Shown: positions 1 through 18,047, numbered from the stretch's first letter. The stretch is DNA of 64,000 nt from Hormiphora californensis (GCA_020137815.1 CM035351.1:8370001-8434000); one strand, 5' to 3'. The notes: generated from the sequence alone by a model not told the origin. Numbers and translations are program-made.

Positions 1-703
1 TTACTCCTTGTATCCAGGGAGGGGGAGGCTCTGTGAGGAGCTGACACCGGTACAGCATCTGTACATTTACAAGATTACAAGTTCAGAACACCCCTGAGCA
101 TCTCTAATTAGACAACCATGAGAAATAGCAGCTTCAAAAAAAATGTGTCTTCAATTTCACTTTTCAGAATTTCTCTGCTAACACAATAAGTTTCAGAGCC
201 ATACTCATTATTTAAAGCCCTCTCAGCCAGCAGAATAACAATGTCATAAAAAGGGCCATTTTTAGCTGTTTTTTCTTCATAACTCTTGACTGACTGGCTG
301 TGCCCACTTCAAAATGCTCACAGCAACTCCTGAAATGGTACTGGCTGTTACCAAACCGGTTTTAGGGCGGTCCGACTCGACCATCCCTTCTTTGGTCACG
401 ACCGCGCCCTAACTTGCTTCCTGACTATGATGCGAGCGATCAGATTGTAGACGGTCATAGCTCCATCTCCTGATAAAATAGAGTTTCATCAAGACTTGGA
501 GGTTAGATAGATCTATCGCGTTCTTTCTAAGTCCTAACCTCCAAATTTCAAGTATCTATCTAATATCTTGTCAGGGGGTGGAGTTATGACCGTGGGAACT
601 GGGAAATTTTGAAAAACCTAATGAGGTCCATATTAGGTTGGGTTTGCCTTTATATCTTTAGCTCCTCACTCCTGTAAACCCCAAGAAAAACACCACTTAG
701 AAA

Positions 704-5063
<4,360 letters not shown>

Positions 5064-5764
5064 GAATGGTTGGGGAAAATAAGGAAATGTATGAACTGTA
5101 GATTTTGGGAGGGCTGACTGCAGGGACAATTCTATTGGATACAGTGTTTTTAATGTGACAAATGAAGAAACATTTAGTATATGTTATTGTATGTGTATAG
5201 ACAATTGATTTAATATACCCTAAAAAGACAATATTTTATCGATTGATTTCTCCGTGCATGCAAGATCGCCGCTCCGGATTGCCCAGAGGGCGGTTATTCC
5301 GTGGTACAAATGGAGCGCGCGCAACCGCGCATCAATGAAAAGTACGTTTTTCAGCACTTTCTCAATGCACGCCGGGTCCCTCAAATTCCTTGTGTCAACA
5401 GGTAGGGCCGGGGCAGGAGCCCGAAACACCACGGCGGACCCGGGCCACCACTGGGCCAGCCTGATGAGACACGGAACACCAGCTGGTGTACAGTGATGCC
5501 TCAAGGGCTCGTAGTAAGAAGGGCGTAACCTGGGCGAGTTGGCCGACTGCCGAGGTCTTGTTACATTGAAGAGACCGAGCTTATCAATAATCTGTTTATT
5601 GATAAGCTCGTTTATTGAACAACAAACGATTTTAATAAAGGGAGTATAAAAATTATCAAAAAAACAGAACTCTCAAAATAATTCTCGAAAATCTGTCTAA
5701 CGGCAAGACTACTGTCCAACTTCAATAAAACCCAGTCTATAGGTACATATTCATCTAGATTCAT

Positions 5765-7408
5765 CTAGATGCATCTTGCCGGAAGGATAGTGTGAGGCTG
5801 ATGGCTGTCGAGAGAGAGGAATATCTCTCCTGCTGCTCCAGTAGCATGACAGTAACGCCCGATACACTGGACTGAGATTCTCGGTAGTACAATAATTGTA
5901 AAATGCTTGGTAGCAGATATTCGATGCGTCATATCACCATAAACAATCATCAGAACACTTTCTCTTCCATGTCCACTATCGTCTGCCATGTTTCCCACCA
6001 GGTGGGGGCGGGGGTGGTGTCTCCATGAAGGCTCTTCTGAATGTGTCCGTCAAAGATTCAAATGTGTCAACTACCTCTTCAAACACTCCCACTTCTACGA
6101 CTGGCGGTGGGGGAGGCCTCCTTGGACGCCTGAAATAGGGCAGTTGCTAATACGTTAACCATTGCATTACATATTTAGGGGCAGGGGAGGCCTCCTAGGA
6201 CGCCTGAAAGTGAAGTAGGGGGACGTTGGGAAGAAGATCAAATCAACAACTTGGTTGGTACTGGGATGGGGGAATGGGCGAGGGATTGATATAATCTTGT
6301 AGGAAGCTGTAACAATACCTTCTGGCCACTAGGATTATCACTATCAGTAGGACAACAGCCCCTCCGATACTGCAACCAACAATTATCCAGAACAATGCTG
6401 AAATTAAAATATTTCGTTAGGAATTAATTGTTATGTTCTAACCCTCCCCTGTGGGGTGCGCGAAACAGAGTCTAGCTAGGCAAGTAGTGAATTGCATCTA
6501 TATTATTTCCCAGTCCCGGTATTTCCCTAAACGACCAAAATTTTGAATTTTTTCCCTGCCCGGGTGAATGCCGAAGGCATTCACCCGGATGCCTTTTTAC
6601 TTTGTAAAAAGGCATAGCAGGGTTAGAATTCGAAAACGACATTTTGGTATACTAACTAATCGGTAGAGGGACATTTTTTGGTCACACTTTCGTTGCGAGG
6701 GCAACGGTGTAGCAACAAGAGCCGCGCGCACAGTGACGAGCTACTCCTTCATCAAACACCTCATTGACACAGTTTGATGGACGTGTGTGTGCGCGCCACT
6801 CAACAAAACATGAACTGCTCTGCCGCGCGTTTCGCGTGTTACATACACATTTTCATCTTGCGAGTCGAGTGTGAGATGTTAGATAAGTAGTGAAGTTGGA
6901 ATGTCAAAAGCTGGTTAGCAAGTGTCATGTGATTGGGAGCTAGCTAACTCTAAGCTATGTGAGAAGTATACTGACAGCTAGATCGTATGCATCTCACATT
7001 ACATTATGACCAAGCCTTGCTCCTGTTGGCAGTGACAATGTCACTGACATGTGAAACGGTAGGGCAGGGAAACACAGCATTATCTTACTATATAATGCAA
7101 AAACACCCGAAACTTGATCCCACCCATGCATGTTTGGTGGTCCCTAAATCGTCGTCATCAAGATCAGATCACATCACCCAACATGCATGATCAGATCACC
7201 CTACTGAGGATCAGATCCCCCCACCCAAGATCAGATCATCCCATTGAGGATCATATCACCCCACCCATGATCAGATCACCCCAGTGAGTATCAGATCATT
7301 CCAGTGGTTATCAGATCCCACATTTCACCCAGCAGTCCACTGTGCGTGATGAGATCCCCATATAGAGTAGAAAATAGACAGAGACGACAGAGAAATTGAG
7401 ATAGAAAT

Positions 7409-7471
<63 letters not shown>

Positions 7472-10400
7472 GACAGAGACAGAGACAGAGACAGAGACAG
7501 AGACAGAGAGACATGCAGACAGAGAGACATGCAGACAGAGAAACAGAGCGATACGAAAAACGAGGAATTTCCTAGGTGTTTTTAGTTTAGTGTACGTCGC
7601 TTGAGTAATCAATTAATTGTAAACCATCCGTAGGATGGCCTGGGTCCACTAGTGAATACATAATGCAATAATTCTTGTTCGAAGTTCATGTTGTCAAGAA
7701 AAAGGGAATTGGTCGCTCTACTTTAGCATATTCTAGTCCTGTTTTAGGTTATAGATTCTGCGCTTTGATCCCGGGGCGCAGTGAAACAGGGTCGAGCAAA
7801 GTAAGGGAGCGGCGCGGTGAGATAGGGTCGGGCAAAACTAAAACCACCTGGGTGGCAATACTACGGAAAATACTGATTCTAGGGTAGGGAGATGGTGATC
7901 CCGGATAAAATATGAACAGTACAAGAACCACACTTACTCGGACATTTGGCATTCAATTCTGAGCCCTCCTCAGAACAAGTTACAGAGTAGGAACTACCCT
8001 CCTTGTTGGAACATGTGTAATCCAGAGTCGACTGGTAAATTAAGGATGTTCCGTCTGTGACAGACGACTTGTCGCTCTTCTTTCCTATGACACAAGACTC
8101 TGAGGGTAAATGAAGTTTAGGAGTTGTTTTAGTTCAGGTGTAGACGTATGAAAAACTTGATAACTTACTGAAGCAAGCAGGTTGTGCAGATGTGCATGTT
8201 TGAGTATTGGTCTTTGTTTTCAAGATTGAGTATCCGCTGGAACAAAATGTTGTCACCGGTGTTCCTGTCATAACAGTGTAGCCACTGGCCGGACTCCGAT
8301 AGCCATTAGCGATAGAAGCCACTTCACAAGTTACTAAACGAAAAAGTGTGGAGGTGAAGATCTGTGACATAAATGACGTCTGTAAAACTCAGCAGATTGT
8401 GCAATCCCCCTGGGTGCATCAGCTAGGTCAACTACTGGTTTCGTAACGTGCGGTACCGAAACGCATCTCTAGTGTGGAAAGTACGGCACACCCCTTGGCG
8501 GGAACTCCAAAATTAGCATTTGATCTAGCTGAAACGCCCAGATTCTTTGTTCTAGACACAAACCTGTACAATCGGTAATGCTGTCTGAACCGGTAGTGAC
8601 AGTTGTCAGTCCTGTATCACATGAAGTGCATTGAGTTTTTCCTGAGTTGGGTTGGTAAGATCCTACCGAGCACTTCTCACAGACTCCTCCAGAGCTGTAG
8701 CTGCCTGCAGGACAGGTCAAACACTCTTTCCCGACCTGACCCGCCCCGTCGTTGCATTCCACATCATAGCTGGCAGTCACTCCGGTAGAGGTGAGACTCA
8801 CAGTGGAACGTTTTTTAGAAGAACTGTAGCTAAAGGTTACACTTGTAGGATTAGAAGTTAGCTGAGACTCAAAGGCATAAATTCCATCGCTAGAAGCTCC
8901 ATTTTGAGTGACGGTAATTTTGAGAGAAACTGCAGAATCTGCGACGGAGCAGGTAATCTGAGAGAGTGAAGGGTTAGATTCGACTAAGAAAAAAATGGGT
9001 ACGACTAAAGAGTATGCTCTTGAATGTCCTTTTTATGAAAGATTACTTGAAAAAGATTTGGGAAATAGGACTACTTTGCAAAGTCATTACGTACATCGGA
9101 GGTTGTAAGCGTACAGGTACTTTTAGTTAGGCAGGTATAGTCCCCAGAAGAGGTGAAAAAGTTTAATAGAGCAGCCTTCATGTTATTGTGACAGGTTGTA
9201 GCTCCAGACATTGCTATGGTCGCTTCCAGCTTTCTAGTTTTTGCCACTGCCAACGCTGTGAGGAAAACTCGGTTAGCTAACTTAAGATATTTACAACGAG
9301 AAAATGAGGTTACCATGGTTACCTGTACAAATAGGAAAATCTCCAAGGGGGTTGGTCTTGGAAGCATGGGACCACTGAGAGTTAGAGTTATCACAAGTTA
9401 CGTTCATTTCAGTACGCAGGTCAGAACCGCTCTGGTAGTATTGATTATCCGGACAGCTGTACAAACACTCATTACCCTCACACTCGAGAGTTCCGGAACT
9501 GAAGGAAAGAAGAGGACACGTAGAATCGGAATTGTTGTAGGCTGACTAACTCAATAACTCCATTAGCCACTTTGCTTCCCTCCAAGATGCAAGGTCCAAA
9601 CAATAGTGTCATCCTCTTCGACGTTGGTTAATTTTTGTGTCGCCAGGACAGTTCCGTCATCGTTTTCTACCCCTTTGACTCCATCCAAATCCAGAGCTAC
9701 AGTCAAGAGTCCAGTCGAGGAGAGCTTGACTAGGCAAGTTAATACTACATCGGATCCTGATATCACAAGCTGGTTTGGAGAACAAGCAACACCTAAATGT
9801 GAAAAAAGATAAATAAAGTATCTGCTGAAAAACACAATTCGGATTGATCTTGGGGTTCGTAGATAAGATATTAGTGACCAAACACTGGTTTGTTGTTAAA
9901 CGTACTATACGCCTACAAGGTTGATGAATGGTAGTACTCTCTTCCACAGCACACGTATAGTTTCCAGGGCCTTCACTCATCAGGAGATTTGGAACTGACA
10001 ATTTACCTAAAAATACGGTTTTTACTAACGGTTTTCTTTTCATCAGATTTTTATAGGGGATGTAATCAAACCTACTTGTTATTTTGTTGTTATTGAAAGA
10101 GGTTGTTAGGCCGGATGAGGCTTCAGTAGCATTGGGAAGAGTCCATTGGATCTCGAGTGAGCTGTTAGAGGCAGCTATCTCACAAGTCAGCTCCACATCC
10201 TCTGCCACACTCCCCGCCACAGCCCCACCCCCACTAACAGCGGGAAAGTTGACGGAGAAGGTATGGGAGACGTCATGGGATTCACTTTGCCCTGCATACG
10301 TCACCGCCATGACACAGGTTGTATTTCCAGAATCACCAAACTTAAACGTATCTTCATCGTAGGTTAGTTTGTTCCCACTAGCCGTGAATGTTGAGTTTCC

Positions 10401-10801
10401 AAATGTATCACTCCATGTCGGGTTACCAGCAGTTTCGTTACCTAGGGGAAGAAGTTTATCTTTTAAATTGAGTTTATGTCTTGCCGTCTTAACTATTTTC
10501 TCGTGACACGTCAAACTCAATATAACACATAATTAAAAGACTTTATAGATGTACCAAGGGGAGAATAGGAGCAAAGCAACTCAAGTTCTTCTGATGTCTC
10601 ATATCGGTAGATGGTAGCATCCGAGGGACTTGCAGTGATAGTGTTTAACGATCCGCTGACACCTGCAAACAAAACAATGACTAAAAATACCTGGTAACCT
10701 TTAACAATCAATAAATCTGATAACAGACTAGATAAGCAATATGTTGAAGTCGTACCTAGAACGTCCAATGCAAAAAGGACAGCACCTAAGACGAAGAACA
10801 T
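5765..10801 (-). CDS. Type I membrane protein, paralogue 1: signal peptide, Ig-like domains, sushi-like and ephrin-receptor-like Cys-rich repeat, TM, Pro-rich tail
   Basis: Signal exon MFFVLGAVLFALDVL; Ig-like VELTCEI...IQW...GNYTC; CPAGSYSSGGVCEKCSVGSYQPNSGKTQCTSC; TM FWIIVGCSIGGAVVLLIVIILVA (~6320-6398); tail RPRRPPPPP. Two +1 insertions near 9547 and 9581 relative to the paralogue break the frame (error or pseudogene). Confidence 0.75.
6497..7652 (+). mobile_element. Non-autonomous Helitron (composite) in an intron of paralogue 1
   Basis: A|TCTATATTAT 5' end. 3' hairpin CCATCC-GTA-GGATGG (7624-7638), 10 nt, then CTAG|T. Contains a double-hairpin repeat end shared with 55870-56060, a GATCAGATCACCC minisatellite and (GA)n/(GAGACA)n tracts. 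Confidence 0.65.
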
Positions 10802-10986
10802 GACAAATAAATACAGTAAGGACTGGAAATACTGAGAAGAATTATAGTGTAAACCTGATCAGTCAACCTAGTAACACTGTATGTTTTATACATAACAGTG
10901 AGAAATGCGTAAGCATATTACAACATATTGACTACCATATTACTGTCTCATAATATGTACGACTGTCGACTACCCTCTGTCAGGCC

Positions 10987-11733
10987 CCCGGTGGCACGCC
11001 AATTTGAAGCTGCCGGGAATGGCCAGAGAATAACAAAAAAGTTGCCGATTTTTCAATTTCACGATTGTAACAATCCTTGTTAAATTTTACCAATTACCGA
11101 CCAATTACACCAATTAGCTCCTTTAATTGACCCCGGAGAACTTCGAAAAGTAACTCATGTGATTCAGCGTATAAAAATTAGTGGGGATAGTGGGCAATGA
11201 CATGAGTAATAGCCCATTCTAAAAAGTTGCTAATTACCGGCTAATTATGCCAATTAGCACACTTAATTGACCTCTGAGGTGATTAAAAAGTAGCTCACGT
11301 GATTCAGCGTCCCAAAATTAGTGGGGTTAGTGCTAAAACTTGATTAATTTAGAAAATTTCAATTTTTGTATTTTCCGGCAGCTTTTTGTATTTTCCGGCA
11401 ACTTTCCCTCCCCATTCCTAAGGAATATGCGAGGAATATAGAAATCATGCCGATTTTTTCTTGCCGATTTTTTAAGATACAGATTCAATAAAGTTAGAAC
11501 TGATCTCTGATGATTTCACCCACATTTTAACTTTAAAAGGACCAAATGGAGGCATGTGTCCCCAAAACTTCGCACAATTGTGAAAAATACGAATGTGTAC
11601 TGAAACACAAGGATTGTTTCTATCCTGAAATTTAAACATGGTCGCCGGCTAAAATCTTGCCGAAATCTAGGTCAACAGAGCTGACTTGCCGGAAGGAATG
11701 CCATTCCTAGATTCCTCACATTGTGCCACCGGG
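10987..11733. mobile_element. MITE with CCCGGTGGCAC termini and 8-bp TSD
   Basis: TIR CCCGGTGGCAC / GTGCCACCGGG; GTCAGGCC duplicated at 10979-10986 and 11734-11741; internal direct sub-repeats; no ORF. Confidence 0.8.
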
Positions 11734-12247
11734 GTCAGGCCAGCACTCTGACCACGGTTCTCGCACGCACTAGGGGAAGGCGAATGCTTGTAAAATGTGT
11801 TTTCAAAACATTTGAGTAACTACATGTGGGGCAGTACACTTTGGGCATATAGTACTTTGGAGAATGGAGTAGGAGATTGGTACCTACCATCCGGAAGATT
11901 TAGGAGTCAAATTATTGCAACAACTTTAATTTAAAAATTAAAAAAGCGAACTTTTCTGATGGATACAGGATTCGATTCAATACTTTCTTCTTTTCAGATT
12001 GTTATGCCTAATTCTACTAAATAGTGTCCATATATTCAATTAAGCAACAACAATAGCAGCACGATCAGTCCTTCGGTGAACTCGATCAAAACAGATTCTG
12101 ACACTCCAACAAAATCGTTTTAAGGCGGAAATCACTTCAGAAACCAACTTTATTCGTCCTGAAAATGTAAAACTGTCAACCTTGACTTCCGAGTTCACAA
12201 CTTAGAGACTGTTACAAATGAAGTAAGTGGTTACAAACTAGCAATGA

Positions 12248-15200
12248 CTAGATGTTGTCGATGGTGTGGCGAATTGTGTGAGTGAAGGAATCCAGTGTAT
12301 CTGACACAACATTCAACACAGACGGTTCTTCCATGGGCGGGGGTGGAGGTGGGTGTCGAGACCTAAAACATTCTGATTTAGTATTGTGTTTTCACGGTTA
12401 ATGATCGAGAACATCTTATCACTTACTTTTTCACTATAACAATAGCAATGATGATTAGAAGAAGAACGGCTACGGAAACAGAAACTATTACAATTAGCAA
12501 AACGATACCTGAAACAAGTATCCTGTTAAAAGGAAATACTTCAATCGGACAAAAGTAAATACGTATTCTTGGTTCACTTATTTTACACTTACTTGGGCAT
12601 TTTACATCCAATTCTGAGCCCTCTTCAGAACAAGTTACAGAGTAGGAACTACCCTCCTTGTTGGAACATGTGTAATCCAGAGTCGACTGGTAAATTAGGG
12701 ATGTTCCGTCTGTGACAGACGACTTGTCGCTCTTCTTTCCTATGACACAAGACTCTGAGGATAAATAAAGTTAAGGAGTTGCTTCAGGTGCATTCAAAGA
12801 AAAACTTGATAACTTACTGAAGCAAGCAGGTTGTGCAGATGTGCATGTTTGAGTATTGGTCTTTGTTTTCAAGATTGAGTATCCGCTGGAACAAAATGTT
12901 GTCACCGGTGTTCCTGTCATAACAGTGTAGCCACTGGCCGGACTCCGATAGCCATTAGCGATGGTAGCCACTTCACAAGTTACTGAATTATAAGGGGAAA
13001 CAAAGTCTGATAGGATTATACTGGCATCAGGGGACCTGTAATATAAGAAGTAATGACCTGTCCTAGTAATTCTGACTGTACATGTCGATCTAAAAACCTC
13101 TTACACACAAACCTGTACAATCGGTAATGCTGTCTGAACCGGTAGTGACAGTTGTCAGTCCTGTCTCACATGAAGTGCACTGAGTTTTTCCTGAGTTGGG
13201 TTGGTAAGATCCTACCGAGCACTTCTCACAGACTCCTCCAGAGCTGTAGCTGCCTGCAGGACATGTCAAACACTCTTTCCCGACCTGACCCGCCCCATCG
13301 CTGCATTCCACATCATAGCTGGCAGTCACTCCGGTAGAGGTGAGACTCACAGTGGAACGTTTTTTAGAAGTGCTATAGCTGAAGGTTACACTTGTAGGGT
13401 TAGCAGTTAGCTGAGACTCAAAGGCGTAAATTCCATCGCTGGAAGCTCCATTTTGAGTGACTGTGATTTTGAGAGAAACTGCAGAATCTGCGACGGAGCA
13501 GGTAATCTGAGAGAGTGAAGGGTTAGGTCCGACTCAAGAGCAAGCTCTTCAATGTATTTTTCTCATGAAAATATTTGGGAATCAGAACCAGTTATGTTTG
13601 ACATCCTAACTGCTAACGTACGTCGGAGGTTGTGAGCGTACATGTACTTTTAGTCAGGCAGGCATAGTCCCCAGAATTAGTAGTGAAAAAGTTTAACAGA
13701 GCAGCCTTCATATTATTGTGACAGGTTGTAGCTCCTGACATTGCTACGGTTGCTTCCAGCTTTCGAGATTTTGCCACTGCCAACGCTAGTAAGGGAATCA
13801 GTTAGCTAACTTAAAATAATCAAAGTGAGACTACAAATGTAGACTACAAGGTTACCATGGTTACCTGAACAGATCGGAAAATCTCCAAAGGGGTTGGTCT
13901 TGGTAACATGGGACCATTGAGAGTTGGAGTTATCACAAGTTACGTTCATTTCAGTACGCAGGTTGGAACCGCTCTGGTAGTATTGATTGTCCGGACAGCT
14001 GTACAGACACTCATTACCCTCACACTCGAGAGTTCCGGAACTGAAGGAAAGAAGAGGACACGTAGAATCGGAATTGTTGTAGGCTGACAACTCAATAACT
14101 CCATTATCCACTTTGCTTCCCCCAAGATGCAAAGTCCAAGCAAGAGTGTCATCTTGTTTGACGTTGGTTAGTGTCTGAGTTGCTAGGACAGTTCCGTCAT
14201 CGTTTACTACCCCTTTGACTCCATCCAATTCAAAATTGACGGCCAAGAGACTGGTTGAAGAGAGTTTGACTAGGCAAGTAATTTCCACATCGGATCCTGA
14301 TATCACAAGCTGGTTTGGAGAACATGCAACACCTAAAAGAAGTGGGAGAAAGTATAATAATTTTGAAAAGTAGTAAGTAAGTAAATCTAATCAACTAACG
14401 AAACATACTCACTGTAGACAACAAGGTTGAAAATCGCCGAAGAATCCTCAACGGCACACGAGTAGTTTCCTCCTTCGGATATTTGCAAATCAGTCACACT
14501 CAGCTTACCTGAAAATCATTTGTCGTGCAAAATTGTCGGGCAAAATTGTAGGAATTTAATTAATTTAATCTTACTTGTGATTTTGTTGTTATTGAAAGAG
14601 GTTGTTAGGCCGGATGAGGCTTCAGTTGCATTGGGAAGAGTCCATTGGATCTCGAGTGAGCTGTTAGAGGCAGCTATCTCACAAGTCAGCTCCACATCCT
14701 CTGTCACACTACCCGCCACAGCCCCACCCCCACTAACAGCGGGAAAGTTGACGGAGAAGGAATGGGTTGCGGTGTGGACGAGAGAGTCAAATAATACTTT
14801 AACGGTGCAGGTTGCAGTACCAGTATCTCCAAAACTAAATGTGTCTTCATCATAAATTAGAGAGTTACCACTCTTTGTGAAAGTAGTGTTACTAAAGGTA
14901 TCAGTCCAAGCTACCGTTTGAACTGTTTCACTCTTCAGGACGGTGTATGAGCATTGTAGCTCTAGCTCCTCGGTTGTTTCATATCTGTAGATGGTTTCAT
15001 CGGAGGGACTGACCGTGAGCGTGTTAGCCATTTTTACTTCCACCGTTTTAGTAGACGAATAACCAGCGCCATCCTTCACTCCACAGGTGTACGTATCTTC
15101 GGAGTCAAGGGATGTCAACTCTAAAGTTCCTGGAAATAAAATGTGAGTTATCACAGGATTTTTTCAGATGACCTAGAATTTTCACAGGAAACTTTCATAA

Positions 15201-16201
15201 CATCATATTCAGAGAACAATGATATTTTAATCCATTCTTACTGGTTGTTGTGTTAGAACTGCTATCATAACTTTTGCTGCTAGTCTTGACAGCCCCAGAA
15301 CTATCCTTCCACTCAAGAACAGTGCTATCGTAGGTTTCAAGAGTGCAATTTAGTTCCAAATCTCCCCCTTAGTGCCAACGACGGTGTAAACTTCTGAGCC
15401 GCCGACCTCACTAGATATGACAGGTACTGCAGGGAGAAGCACACATTATGAAATCAGGTTGTTTATCACCAATTACCAAGTTACGAAACTAATTTCTACA
15501 GCAATAACTTGTGTGCCAGTGCAATGCCGGTTTCAGTTTGTTGGCCAATGGCCGGTAATGCTGTTTGACACTGGACATTTCACATCCATTATGTTTGACG
15601 TTTGTGCTTTGTATTTCATTTGATATAGTGTGTTTCCTGTGTATACCTGTGTACTTGACATCAAACTCTTCAGTCGTGTACAGTGAACTGTCAATGGTGA
15701 CCTTTGCAGTCACAACACCCTCCGTCTTATCATCCGGGAAGTTGATCGTATGTCCGGTGAAGTTGAGAGTCCCAATGATTGAGTCTGCTGTCGTTGAGGT
15801 TGATTTGCGGACTGAAGATGATTAGTTTAGTTTTAATTAATAGCCTGGATAATGGATAATGGATAATTAAATGGGTCTAGTTATAGTACTGGAAAGTTAA
15901 TTTTGAACTGACAAATGAAGTGTGTTGCTGTCGTTCCAAGGTTATCTGACCAGGAGATTGAAACAGGGAGGGAATCCGGGGTGTCCGTGCCCAACACTAC
16001 CGACCACGCATTATTTGCATAGTCAGATCTTTGGTGAATGTAGGTAGGTCCATCGGGGATGATCGAAACAGTCGTGTCTGCAAGTATTTCAAATGATTCA
16101 AATTTTAGTCTTCCACCAACCATTGGAAGCTAATTCTTAGCAAATATTGGATCTTTACCTGATGAAGCAACTACAAGTGGAATAAGAAACAGCAAGAACA
16201 T
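12248..16201 (-). CDS. Type I membrane protein, paralogue 2 (extra N-terminal Ig-like domains)
   Basis: Signal exon MFLLFLIPLVVASS; several Ig-like exons; the same sushi/ephrin-receptor-like exons as paralogue 1; TM IVLLIVIVSVSVAVLLLIIIAIVIV; tail KSRHPPPPPPMEEPSVLNVVSDTLDSFTHTIRHTIDNI*. Probable homopolymer indel at ~15365. Confidence 0.8.
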
Positions 16202-18016
16202 TTTAGTGTAATAAAAACTAAAAGTGTCTAACGTTCATATATTATAGTGTGTGTTGCTATGGAATCAATTATACAGCGATTATATCCACATGCTATTAAC
16301 TGCCACAGAGCGATTAACGAACGTAAGATGCTGGAAATGGTAAGACGATATGATAGGATGATATATATTTCCGTCAAGACAGCTAGTATAACGTGTTAGC
16401 ACAGTATAATCATTCAAAGGCCCGAGCCGCCGCTACCGATAGCCCGAATTGCGTAAGCATTTAGTTGATCCAAAACATATTATGTGTATATATCGACAAC
16501 ACATTGAATCCCCACAGGAGAGGAGTTCGATTGTGAATGAGTTAGAGTAATCCAATATCCTATTAATTATGGATGAAACGAATGTTAATTAATGAAGGAG
16601 GAGAGTGTAAATGGTAATGGTCACCTTCACTATACTACCTGCCTTAGTGGGAGAATAAAAGAGAACGTCTAGACAATTATATATGAGTTAATAATATTCA
16701 ATAAGACGCGTCTTGTTGAATAGTTAACTCATATATATAATTGTGTCAAATGTACATTTACTTCAACAAAAGACTCACTTATCAGGAGATGATTCTCTGA
16801 GTCTAGTCTGACGATTGTATTCCCCTAAAATTCCTCCAGGAAGGCTGTGTGTAGTGTGAGTACCACGGTAATTTACATTTGTTCAAAGCCGGCTCGCCCA
16901 CCCTTGAATTATGGAAGTCGGAGATGAGGTGATCTCTGACTCTCCCCTTCCCCAGAATTTGTTCAAAATCTCTCATTTGCCACTTTTTCTGTTTTTGTCG
17001 ACGAAGGTTTTTACTATCAGTGGAGATTGGAGATTTAATACTTATCAGTAGAGAAAGTGAAAATCTATATTATAAGTTGGAGATGAACGTCGTCTAAGAA
17101 GCGTGCAACACTAGCGTGCAACAATTTGCTCCATTTGCCCGTGCGAATCAAGGGGTTGTTATGGTGGGTGGGCAAGGGTGTGAATACTGCACGTGCATGT
17201 TGTTGGATGTTATGTTGCGTGTTCCTGCGGTGTTTTGTGGTGTTTTGCCATCTACTACTGCTGCCCCAATGATTGCCAAAGCTTCACTACCTACGTACCC
17301 CCGATAATTACTCTACACAGCTACAATTCTACGGATGTTCATCACCTAATTCGACACGTTTCAAGCGGCCCTCTTCTGATCACCCTCGATGTTCATCACC
17401 ATCCCTTATACCACTCCACCAACCCCGACACAGATATGATGAAGAGATGGAGTGAGAGAGGATTCAATAATGCGTGCCGATAGGAGTCAGTAGGGGGCGG
17501 AGGATTCAACAGGGGGGGGGGGGCTAAGGATTCAATAGCGGGTGGGTACTGGGTAGTTAATAGGGGGGGGGGGTAATGATTCAATAGGGGTGAGGGGAGT
17601 CAAAAGAGCCGGGGAGAGTGAGGAATGAGGATTCAATAATGTGGGGGCGACAGGAGTCAATAGGGGGCGAGGAGAGTCAATAAGCCATAGAGCTTTACTT
17701 TTGCTAGGGTATCAATGGGATTAGGGTGCAGGGAGGGGTGGGAGGTGTTGAGAAGAGTCAATAGAGTGTGAGAGGAGTTTTTTGGTCTTTGCCTGGGCTC
17801 TCTAGTGGTAGATAAGAAGGAAATGAGGTAGTATAGAACAGATTATCAGTATCATGATGCTCCGAATTTCAATAGGTAATTAGGGAGGGTCGTGGGAACT
17901 CGGAACTTTAGTGGAATCATAATTGGCCACAATTCGGAAAGGTCATAATTGAAGCACGCCCTTTCCTGTTCCCTAGAGAGAGGTAGGGAGGGAGGTAGGG
18001 TAGAGAGGAGAGAGAG

Positions 18017-18047
<31 letters not shown>

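Noticed and set aside
5220-5570. GC/CpG-rich stretch with overlapping ORFs on both strands
   Set aside because: No recognisable domain or clear gene structure; possibly a decayed gene or element fragment.
9540-9590. Frameshifts as evidence of pseudogenes or programmed frameshifting (also ~15365, ~31420-31560, ~52490-52510)
   Set aside because: Scattered single-base indels, plus garbled sequence near 18000-18300, fit uncorrected long-read error. They cannot be called biological without reads.
17100-17483. Cys-rich hydrophobic short ORFs
   Set aside because: No consistent start or frame, and no family recognised.
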